From positions 3,968,001 to 4,032,000 of the forward strand of contig OZ218955.1 of assembly GCA_965112735.1 (NCBI GenBank): a stretch of 64,000 nucleotides of DNA, in the 5' to 3' direction. The notes under the pieces were generated by a model. The model was not told where the DNA came from. It searched no databases and saw only the letters and a list, made by a program, of their open reading frames with translations. Shown in pieces: positions 1-15,616 of this stretch. The stretch's first letter is position 1. Every line of letters starts with the position of its first letter. This stretch comes from Phaeosaccion multiseriatum. Taxonomy: Eukaryota > Protista > Ochrophyta, other classes. The position numbers and the translations under genes are program-made.

Positions 1-308
1 GGGGCCAATGTCGAGAACGGATGTCGATGCACTTCCTTGCTCAAGACAAGGTCGAGCCAGAGTCCGCGGTGAAGGCTCTGTCTCGGCCCATGTGCCCATG
101 TGCCCATGTGCCCATGTGCCCTTATGATTCATTCTGCAAGGGCCACAGCGGCGACCAACAACCAACAGACAGCGTGCTGGCGTGCATCGAAGGAGGCTCG
201 GAGGCCGGCAAGAGCATGGAGGGAGCCTTCAGCCTCCTCCTCGTCGCAAAGGGTAGGGAAGGCAGCCTTCAGCCTCCTCCTTGCGGCACTGCATCCGCTG
301 GGCTCCGC

Positions 309-342
<34 letters not shown>

Positions 343-469
343 TATCACCAATTGCTGCGGCTGCTGCTGCTGGATCGCCAACTGCTGCTCCTGCCCGTGT
401 AGCGGGTGTGGGCCTCCTTCGAAGGAGGCCTTCTTTTGAGATGAGAGTCCTCCCCACTCGACCCTCCCC

Positions 470-2601
470 TCATCCCAGAGCCACAAAGCCGCCGTCGCTG
501 TCGCTGCTGCTGCTGTCGCTCATCTCCTTGCCTTCGTTGCCACCACCGGCCTTGTCGCTCCCCTCCTCATCCCCATCATCGTCGTCGCCAGCCTTGGATG
601 TCCGTGCTCGCTTCTGCGGCCGGGGGGTGGAGGACACAGGAATGGCCCGTGCAGATGGGAGGCTCTCCTCCTCCACCTCCTCCTCGCCACCCCCCCGAGG
701 GAGAGTGAGCAGGGCGAGCATGTCCGCCTTAGCCCTTGCACTTCCCCGCCAGCCACCATCCCCCCCTGGGGCCCCACTCTGCAGCTCCTGCGGGGTGTTG
801 GCCGCCGCTATCGCCAACCGTCCTTGTCCCCCTTCTCCTTCTCCTCCTCCTTCTCCTCCACCCCAGCCATGGCCGCCCTTCCTCCTCTCTGCCCTCTTCA
901 ATACGGCCATGGCGTTTCTGGTCAGGCACCTTCCCGCCTGCTCCTGCGTCAGCCCCAGCAGCTGCCCGAGATTCATCACATCCCCTGGGCTCCTTGTGTA
1001 GAGAGCTCCGTCGGCTCCACTGGACAAGATGAGGCCTCGGCCGCGCGTCACCGCGAGCAAAGCGCGAGCCCCCCCGATGAGGTGACGGCGCGTGTTGGCA
1101 CTCTTGATGGCGGGCGAGTAGCACAACTGTGGGGCGGGAAGCGACACACAGCCGCGACAGTTTCAGTTTCAAATGGATTAGACCTTTTATCAACTCTACC
1201 TGCGCCGCAGCTGAGAGCCCTCGAGTCTCTGATCTCCCTCCCTCCCTCCCTCCCTTTGTCTCCCTCCCTCCCTCCCTCCCTCCCTTTGTCTCCCTCCCTC
1301 CCTCCCTCCCTCCCTCTCCCTCTCACCTCAAAAGAGACTCCCCTCTTCAAGGCCGCGTCTGTATTCTTCTTGGTTAGGTGGAAGGGCAGGCGCTGCGCGA
1401 GATCAAGCTGAATGATGTCCACCGCAGCGGCGTCCGCAGAGCACAGATAGGAGAAGGCGCGGCCAGAGGTGGGCCGGGCAGCCACGAGGTCGTACGAGCT
1501 GAAGTTGGCATCAACAAGGAGGGGGGGGGAGAGAGGAGGGGCGGGGTGAGAGAGAGCCACGACGAGAGGTGAAGAAGCTCGGCCTGGCAGGACAACTCCC
1601 TGGGAAGTCCCCCCTCAAGAAAGGGGCGAAGCGAGTCGCTCTGGCCATCCCCGCTTCTGAAGTATGCTCCTTTCCCCTTCGTCCTTCTCCTCCTCTTCCT
1701 CCTCCTCCTCGTCGTCCTCCTCCTCTTCCTCCTCCTCCTCCTCCTCCTCCTCCTCCTCCTCCTCTCCCTCTCCCCCCTCCTCCTCCTCGAGCTCCTTCCT
1801 CTGACAGGCCTTACCTCAGCACTTGGCTGCTCGCGGTCAGCAGCTGCGCCTCTTCCAGCGTCTCCAGCACCGCCGTGATGCGTGTGAGCTGGCAGGGGCC
1901 GTACGCCACAGAGCTACTACTAACTTGGCTGCCTGCTTGGCTGTCTGCTTTCCTCTTGCCTGGACGTTGGGTGTTGCGGCAGGAGCGCAAGAGATTGGCT
2001 TACATCCTCACCCAACGAACAAAATATGTAGAGACGAGAGAATAGACCTCCATCGACTCTCCAAGTAGAAAAAGAAGCTGGGGGACAATGGCAGCGACCC
2101 CTTTCTGAACCGTCCTGGGTCGCTTCTCGCTTGCCCCGTCTCACCTTTGCTCTTGCCCTTGTCGCTCGTCCCCTGGGTCGCTTGCTCTGGCCCTTCCTGC
2201 TGCGGCTGCTCAGTGTCCCGCACATCCCACCGCTCCGCTGTAAAGAGGCCTAGCGTGGGAGGGCCCCATCCTCTGGGGCGGAGGAGAGAGGGGTCGCGAA
2301 ACAGGGCTGTAGAGGGAGGGAGGGGAAGGGGGGCTGGCGGTCCCTGCAAAGCCTGTGAATTGGGAGCAGCAGAAGAAGGGGAAAGAGAAGGAGGGAGAAT
2401 ACGATGTGTCAGGCTAGGGCCTTCCTTCCGAAGACTCCCCCCCCTCTGTGCGTGACTCACGTGCTTGGGCATTAGCCTCCCGTGGACAGTGGTGTTGAGC
2501 GCCACCACATCATAGCCGAGCCGGAACAGCTCGTGCAGCACTCTCACGCGCTTCACCTCCCCCGCGCTGCGTTGCACCGAGACATTAAGGTCCAGGTACA
2601 T
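470..2601 (-). CDS. RPP30: Ribonuclease P/MRP protein subunit p30 (multi-exon)
   Basis: Spliced product reads MYLDLNV..LFRLGYDVVALNTTV / QLTRITAVL / SYDLVAARPT..VDIIQLDLAQRLPF..ALKRGVSFE / LCYSPAIK..RRHLIGGA..GRGLILSSGA..RSPGDVMNLGQLLGL, matching RNase_P_p30 motifs; GT-AG introns; low-complexity acidic C-terminal tail. Confidence 0.93.
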
Positions 2602-3097
2602 TGGGCGAGTCGCTACCGCCGCGGGGAGAGGATAGGCAGGGCGGGCCGGGAGAGGAGTGAAGCGCGGAAAAACAACAAATGGCGACAATGTAGGCCCAAC
2701 ACGTCCACAACACAGGTTACGATCCGAGAAACGTCGTAAATCCCTTTAAGCGCCGATTTCCGATTTCCGCAAGGCAATCGGCTCTGAGCAGCAGTACGAG
2801 GCGACGACCACACACATCAGCAACAGCAGCACACAGATACCCCTCAAGGCCTCGGCGTTAAGACGGCCAGACACCAGAGGCCGCCACTTGACTTGAGGAA
2901 ATCTCGCCGAACGATCTTGCCCTCTCTTGTATCTCTACTCACATCACGTAGCAGGACAGAACCTGAACCAAGGAACTCTTCACAGCACCGGCGTGTGGAC
3001 GGCGAGACACAACAGACAACAAAACTCACAACTTGGAGGCCCCTGTCTCCCTATCTCTACCCTACCTCTACAGCTCTACAGAGGAAGCTAAGCAAGG
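2602..3097. promoter_or_regulatory. Putative bidirectional promoter RPP30/MVP
   Basis: Start codons diverge about 500 bp apart (2601 minus, 3098 plus); inferred from geometry only. Confidence 0.55.
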
Positions 3098-4621
3098 ATG
3101 GTTGAGGTTATTTCCATCCCTCCGGGCCACTACATTCATGTGCTTGACGTTAACAGCAACGTCACACGAGTGCTACTTGGCCCCCAGAGGTACACAAATG
3201 CAGCAAGCGAACAAATCGTGGCTGGGCCCAGCGCCACGCTTTGCATCCCTCCCAGGAGCTACATGGTCATCAAGAACCCTGCCATGCGACGAGCGAAGGA
3301 GGAGGAGGGCGATGGAGGGAGCAAGGGCGATGGCGAGCAGGACGTTGCACAAACAGAGCCGTTGACAGACCAGACCGGACAGGTGCAGCTAAAACACGGT
3401 GAGCTGGAGATTCGCATGTGGACCCACCGATTCCCGCTCTACCCGGGCGAGGAGGTGCATCAAGAGGCCACTCCCCTGCAAGTCGTGCCAATGAACTCCG
3501 CGCTACGACTCCGAGCCCTGCGGTGCGTGTGTGTGTATGGGGGGGGGGGGCATGTGGGAGTGCGTGAGTGCGTGCGTGAGAGCGGGCGTGCGTGCGTGGA
3601 TGTAAGACAAGTTGTTGGGGGAGGGATGGAACGCCCTGGTGTTGATGGTCCGTGCCGCCGTTTCAAACTTGCCTTTGCATTTCTCTTGCATCTCTCTTCC
3701 TCTCTCTCCTCCCTCCCAAGAGATGTGGAGGACTCCATCGCCTCACAGGACGACAGCGAAAAGGTCCACCGGCCCGCTGGGGAGGAGTGGATATTTAAAG
3801 GCCCTGGCACATGTGAGTAGGGCACAAAAGCTCGGATCAGGGTTTAGGTCGGCTTAGGGCTGGACCAGTGCTCTAGCAGGTCCTTGACTAGTGCTCTAGC
3901 AGGTCCCTGACTAGTGCTCTAGCAGGTCCTTGACTAGTGCTCTTGCAGGTCCTTGACTAGTGCTCTAGCAGGTCCTTGCTCCACCTTCGCTGACGTGCAA
4001 TTCTCCATCCTTCTCCTGCGGGGGCTGAATGTCCCTTCCGATGCCTCATCAGACATCCCGAGGATTGATGTGGAGACAGTGGAGACCGTTGAGGCTGTGG
4101 TGATCAAGCACAGTCAGGCACTCAAGCTCAGAGCTAGGAGGGCTACCAAAGACAGCAGCGGCAGCAAGCGCCACGCTGGCGAAGAGTGGCTGGTAAGGAG
4201 AGAGGAGGGGAGGGAGAGAGGAGGAAGAGAGAGGGAGAAAGAGGGAGAGGGAGGGAGAGAGGGCGAAAGGGGGAGGGAGAGGTATAGAGCGGTGAGAGAT
4301 CAACACGTATTCGAAAGAAAAGAGAGGGAGAGAGAGACTTTGACCTCGCGCCGCGCCCCTCCTCGGGCCCTGAGACTCCCGCCCCCCCCCCCACTCCCCC
4401 TCCTCCTCCGCAGGTGCGTGAGCCTGGTGCCTACTTACCCTCTGTGGACGAGGAGAAGGTGGAGGAGCTCAAGGCCTTCGTGCTGACCGACAAGCTCGCG
4501 CTGCACCTGCAAGCCCTCAAGACCTTCACTGATGTGTACGGCAAGCAGAGGAGGGCCGGGGAGGAGTGGTTGGTGACTGCGGACATGTCGGAGGAACACA
4601 TTGTTGACGTGTACGAGAAGC

Positions 4622-4670
<49 letters not shown>

Positions 4671-6931
4671 CGCGTATGTGAGTGTGTGTCTCTCAAGTAC
4701 GTGTGTTTGTGGGGGGGGCAAGCTCTCTATGTGTGGCGTGCACATGTGTGTATGTGTGTGTGTGTGAGCCAAGCAATGCGACTGCCCCTTGGGCCTGCAT
4801 ATGACCTGTGCATGGCTTGTATATGGCTACCATACCCGCTCGTCGTGTTTAGCCTATCTGTGCCCTGGCTCCCTCCCCCCCCTGCCTATTCGCCTCACAA
4901 ATGGCTTCAGGTGCGGATGGTGAGCATCACGGCCCTGACATCGCGTGAGTACTGCGTGGTGCTTAACCCGATTGTGGGGGGCAGGCAGCGCCTCGGCCTC
5001 AAGAAGCTCGTCAAAGGGGAGGCATCCTTCTTCCTGCAGCCAGGTGGGTGGGTGTATGGGTGTCAGGATAGGGGTTGAAGATAAACACTCACACCCCCAC
5101 GCCCACGCACACACACACTCTCTCTCTCACACGCACACATATATATATACACACACGCATGCACGCACACACGCACACACGCAACCTACTCACAACTGGC
5201 TCAGGCGAGCGGCTGGAGGCAGGCATTCAGCAGGTGCTTGTACTCGGGGAGGACGAAGCCCTCTTGCTGCAGGCCCTGCAGGACTTCGACGAGTCCGAGG
5301 GGGGGATGGCAGCCGACGGGGGGTCGGACATGGATGACACCTCCGCTGCTGCTGCTTCAGAGGCCTCAGGAGGAGGAGGAGGAGGAGGAGGAGGAGGAGG
5401 AGGAGGAGGAGGAGGAGGAGCAGGAGACGGCGTGGGCCAGCAGGGGCAGCAACTGAGCGCTGGAAGTGCAGTCACTGGCACGAGGCGTCGGCCTGGTGAC
5501 CGATGGATGGTGTACGGCCCTTCGGACTACATCCCGCCCGTTGAGGTGAGAGAGCATCCATGCACAACGTATACACAGCTCGAACTGCTTGATGTTAGAT
5601 GGAAACACGCACCCCATCGAGCTGAAACTTGAAACTTGAACATTGAACCATCTCTCACTTGACACCTCTGCGTTAGGTGAGCATCGTGGAGCGGCGCAAG
5701 GCCATCCCGCTTGACGTTACGGAAGGAGTGTACGTGCGGGACAGCCGCAGTGGAAAGGTGGGTGCGTGCGTGCAGGCTCCAGTGTATTGTATTGGGCCCA
5801 TCGAATCCACCAGCACAACTGCCACTGAGGCTTCATCCCCCTTCGGCTTGAGACTGCGGCTGTGGTTTCCCATGGGGACTCTCCACTCAGCGCAGAAGTT
5901 GTCTATATCGACAGTCTATATCGACATCGATAGTGGCCTGTACATCGATAGGTTATCGAAAGTGAAGTGCACTAAACACTTGATTGTCCCGCATGATGTC
6001 AATGAAGGTGCGGGCGGTGATCGGACAGACCTACATGCTAAAACCTACGGAGGAGCTGTGGGAGAAGGAGCTCCCCTCGGAGGTGGAGCTTCTCCTCAGT
6101 AAGCAGAGCATGGGAGTCAACTACGTCGCGCCCAGCCACCACGCCAATCAGGAACAGGGGCTTGGCCTTGGCCTTCGGCAGATCCACAGCCAAGGGTTGG
6201 GAGTGGTGAATCAGGAGGTGCAGCAGCAGATGATGCAGGAGGAGGAGCAAGTACAGCAGCAGCAAGTGCAGTCGCAGATGCCCTTCCCGATCATGAATAA
6301 GGGACCGAGTGGACCTCGTCCGCCGAGAGGAGAGCACAAAGTGAGTGGATCGGGGGGGGGAAGGGAGAGTGAGTGCGTGCGTGGGTGGGTGGGTGGGTAA
6401 AAAGGCGCGTGTGAGTGTGAGTGTGAGTTGAGTGTGAGTGTGAGTGAGAGGGAGGCAGAGGGAGGAAGTGAGGGAGCGAATGGGTGACGGAGTGAGAGTG
6501 CACGTGTTAACAACGGAGTGTGTGTATGTGCTCTTCTACCTCAAAATCTGCTCTCAAGTAGCGTCCTTTAACATCCTGCTCTAACAGCCCCCCCCCCCCC
6601 CCTCCACCCCTCCACCCCACTCCCCATGAGAAGGCAGTGCGCCCATCAAGAACCGCCACCGCTCGCGACAAGACGAAAGTGGTCACCTTCCGCGTGAGTG
6701 AGAACAGGTACAAATGATGATGGTGATGATGATGATGATGATGACGATGATGATGATGACGATATGATCTGGTGTTGTCAATCCGTGCCAGTGCCGTCCA
6801 AGTGTACGACTACAAGCAGAAGGCCGCCCGAGTGGTAATGGGGCCGGACCAAATCATGCTCCAGCCCGACGAGCAGTTCTCCATCATGCGCCTCAGGTAA
6901 GGCAATGGGTGTGCGTGTGTGTGTGCGTGTG

Positions 6932-6983
<52 letters not shown>

Positions 6984-7048
6984 TGTGCGCGCGTGTGTGT
7001 GCGTTTGTGTATGTACGTGTGTATGCGCGGGTGTGTGTGCCAGCCCTT

Positions 7049-7082
<34 letters not shown>

Positions 7083-8828
7083 TCACTCTCACTCACCCTC
7101 ACCCTCCCCCTCACTCTCAGTGGCGACAAGCCCAAACGACCCAACGTCATCACCTCCCTGTGCCTCAATCTCGGGCCTGATTTCATGACCGACGTTCTGT
7201 GCGTGGAGACGTCCGACCACGCCCGCCTGTCTCTCACCCTCTCTTACAATTGGCGATTCCGAGCCGAGGGCAACAACTCCAAGATCTTCAGCGTGCGCGA
7301 CTTCACCGGGGATGCTTGCAAGACGATTGCCTCTAAGGTTCGCGGCGCCGTGGCGATGGAGAGCTTCGACGTGCTCCACAGGGTAAGTTGGCTGCTGAGG
7401 AGGGCTGATGAGAGGTGTGAGCCAGTCGCGTGCGAGGTACTCCTGCCCAAGAACTCTCTGGAGTGCAGTGCTAGGTGTCAGGTACACTCTAGTGCGAGGT
7501 GTCAGACAGGGCATCTGATACCTGCTGCGTGCTACCTGGTGCCTGATGCCTCACACCTCATTCCTCATTCCTCATTCCTCACACCTCACACCTCACACCT
7601 GATACCTGACCTTCGTCGTTCTTCCATGGTCTTGCTCCCTCTGGGCTTTGCCTTGCCCTTGGCTGCGTGTGTGTGCAAATGTGCATATCTGGTGCATGTG
7701 TGTGTGCAAATGTGCATATCTGGTGCATGTGTGTGTGCAAATGTGCATATCTGGTGCATGTGTGTGTGCGCGTGCGCCCCCCTAGAACTCTGCTCGCATC
7801 ATCCGCGCCGCCGTGTTCGGGGTCGACGAGGCAAGTGGGCGCGTGCGCGACTCTCTGCTCTTCGCCGCCAACTGTCTGGAGATTACCAACGTGGACATTC
7901 AGTCGGTGGAGCCCGTGGACAAAGAGACGCGACAGAGCCTTCAGAAGAGCGTCCAAATGGCCATAGACATCACCACGAACTCGCAGCAGGCACGGGCCCA
8001 TCACGACGCGCACAGGGAGGAGGAGGAGGCAAAGGGCATGCTGGAGCAGCAGGCACGTTAGGCGATGGGATAAGTCAGTGATACGGAACGACATCACCAG
8101 CCACAATGTGCCTCTACTCAGCCCGCACCCCCCTCCCCTCCCCATATGCCTCTATCTCTCTCTTCAGCGCCTGCGTAACGAGGCCGCTGCGGAGGAGGCG
8201 CGTCGCTCTCTGCTGGAGCTGCAGGCGCTGTCCACTGCCATCGAGGCAGCGGGCAAGAGCAGGGGAGACGCCAAAGCCCTCGCAGAGGCCAAGGCCATCG
8301 AGGGAGAAGCGGCCGTCAATCAGGCCCGCCTGCAGGCAGAGGCAGAGGTTAGTCTGTTGGTCGTACGGACTAGGACTGAGAACACTTCGAGAGAAAGAAG
8401 AGCGCGGGTGAGCTCCTCTGAGATGTTGAAAACCCCCGCCTCCTTCCCTCCCCCCTCCTCCCCCCTCCTCTCGTATATATCCCAAACAGGCAATCGCCAC
8501 GGAGACCCGAATGGCTCGGCTGCGGGAGGAGCGTACTTCCGAGTACGAGCACGCCAAGCGTATGATGGAACTCGACCTTCACAAGGCCAAGCTAATCGCC
8601 GACATCGAGGGGGAGCGCTTCCTCAAGCAGGTAGAGGCTCTCGGTTCGGAAACCCTCGTCGCGATGGCCAAGGCCGGGCCCGACGCGCAGGCATCTTTGC
8701 TAGGCGGGTTGGGGCTCAAGTCTGTGCTCATCACAGATGGCAAGACCCCAATCAGCCTGCTGGACACAGCCCACGGCCTCATCGCTGGAGGAGGGGTGGG
8801 GGAGGTTCCTGGGGGGGGTAGTAAGTGA
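3098..8828 (+). CDS. MVP: Major vault protein (multi-exon, full length)
   Basis: N-terminus [19 protein letters not shown]; vault repeats with AGEEW/PGDRW motifs; [22 protein letters not shown]; shoulder [20 protein letters not shown]; cap helix [33 protein letters not shown]; C-terminal [16 protein letters not shown]. Confidence 0.97.
3864..3979. repeat. 23-bp tandem repeat (ACTAGTGCTCTAGCAGGTCCTTG) about x5 in MVP intron
   Basis: Directly visible. Confidence 0.9.
7045..7115. repeat. (CCCTCA)n hexamer array just before an MVP acceptor
   Basis: Directly visible, preceded by a (GT)n tract. Confidence 0.85.
7667..7768. repeat. About 31-bp tandem repeat x3 in MVP intron
   Basis: GTGTGTGTGCAAATGTGCATATCTGGTGCAT repeated. 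Confidence 0.85.
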
Positions 8829-9684
8829 CAAGGCCAAGCCAGGCCAGGGACTCCGAAGGCAAGGCAAGCCAGGGACTCCCCCTCACTTCTGTAGCACTAG
8901 AGGACGCCTCTGGAGGGAGGGGAGAGGCGCGTAGACAGGGAGAGAGAGGGAGGGGGGGTAGAGGGGGGGAGGGAAAGGGAGAGGGGGAGAGGGACGAGGG
9001 ACCAGGGGATAGAGACAGAGAGGGAGAGAGAGAAGGAGAGGGAGAGGGAGAGAGGGAGAGAGAAGAGAAAGAGGAAAAGAGAGGGTAGAGAGAGATCGTT
9101 GGAAAGGGGAGTGGACACAGTATATGTCGAGATAAGTACATAAGGGGTAAGAGAGGCGGATGATCGACCAGTAGGCATCAGGTAGGCACCGCACCAGGGG
9201 GGGGGTGGCACAAGTGACGTCACGAGAAAGAATATCATAATATTTCACTCGATATACTCGAAGGATGTCTTTCTAATTGAATGTACAGTGTCAAAGAGAA
9301 TGTTGACGAAGGAGGGGCCGACTGGCTTCAACCCAATCGTATCCCCAACGGCCTGTCTGCAGTAGGCACGGTGTAGCCTCCTCTCGGCTCCTAAGCCTTC
9401 TTGCCTGCTTGCCCGCCGTCCTTCTTCCTTCCTTTCTTCTTTCCTTCTTTCCTTCCTTCCTTCCTTCCTCCCCCCCCTTTCCTGTCTCGACTTGCATCTC
9501 AGGCCTAATCAGACAACGCCCACCACACTCCACCCACTCCCCTGTCCCTGTCTATATGTCTATCTGTCTATCTGTCTATCACCTCGCCTGCAGCCATCCA
9601 TCAGCTGCCCTCCATCTAGCCAGCTAGGCCTCTTGCTGCCCTCCATCCATCTGGCTAGGCCTACTGCTGACCTCCATCAGCTAG

Positions 9685-14474
<4,790 letters not shown>

Positions 14475-15616
14475 ATCACAAAGCGATGCCTGCTGCCCCC
14501 CCCCCCCCCCCTCCACTCTAGGCCACCCTACGAGAAGAGAAGAGAAAAGTCTTGCAATGTGAGACGAGCTCTTACACGCCTCCTCCGGGTGACACACGAC
14601 AGACAGTGAAACAGAATGACGGGAAAAGCTCACTATAAAGTACAGCGCAGGCTTTTAAGGTAAAGACCGTTCAAATTTCTGTAACTGTTGTAACTGTCTT
14701 CTTTTTTCTCCAACCCCTTACACACGTACTAGAAGGAGAGGTGTCTCTATGCCCCCCCCCTCCTGCACTGTGCAGAGACAGGCATGACGCCTGCGCCTCT
14801 GCCACAGGCCCCGTCCAGTCCAAGCAACACAGCAAAGCACAGCCAACTCGGCGTCCGCTGCTGCCAGTCTCGCTGATGATGACTCATCACGCACATCCAG
14901 AAGGCCTTAGACATGACAGGACAGGGCAGCCAGCAGCCCCCCCTCAAGCTCAAGGCCCTCACGGAGGAGGGGGGGGGCACGCCAAACCCAGCACCAGCAC
15001 CAGCAGAAGGCAACCGAAGGCAGGCAGCCCTCCCCTCTTTCCCAGGGGTTGGCATGAAGCCAGTACCGCCCATGAAGCCAGTGAACCAAGAAGGTGCACA
15101 GAGGGGGTTGCCGTTGTCCGCGGCGGGCGGGTGGTGGACCAACCGAGTAGGCCTGAAACTCAAATTCCTTCTCCTCCGAGAGGTGGGCCTGCAAGTCCTT
15201 CGGGTCAGTGAGAGAGCGAGTCAGTCCCATATCGACCACTCACTCTGTCGCCTCCCCGTGTGACCAAGGTGTGGCGGTCTGGGGGGCGAAGCCGGCACCT
15301 AGAACCGACGTCGGATTCCTTCGCCTTCCAGTGCCTTCCCTCCACGGCCACCCGTAACCCCACACCGCACACGTGGACGTGCGTGGGGAAGGAGTGCACA
15401 GGCACAGCTCAGGCACTGCTCAGGCACTGCTCAGGCACTGCTCAGGCACTGCTCAGGGCCATTCGCATCAGCACAGCTCCAGGAGCACGGCTCAGAGGGC
15501 ACCGCTCAGAGGGCACGGCTCAGAGGGCACCGCTCAGAAGCCGCCACTGCGCTGCATCCTTGTCGAGTGCATGCATGTGTGAGTGCGTGAGTGCCTGAGT
15601 GACGAGAGACTTTCCT

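Noticed and set aside
21-1001. 326-aa plus-strand ORF and many similar long ORFs (e.g. 25719-26870, 43402-44400, 57724-59220)
   Set aside because: Antisense or alternate-frame shadows of real GC-rich exons; no independent motifs.
3864-3979. 23-bp repeats as a CRISPR array
   Set aside because: Head-to-tail with no spacers, intronic, eukaryotic context, no cas genes.
6714-6770. C/D-box snoRNA (TGATGA) in an MVP intron
   Set aside because: Simple (GAT)n microsatellite; no D box or terminal stem.
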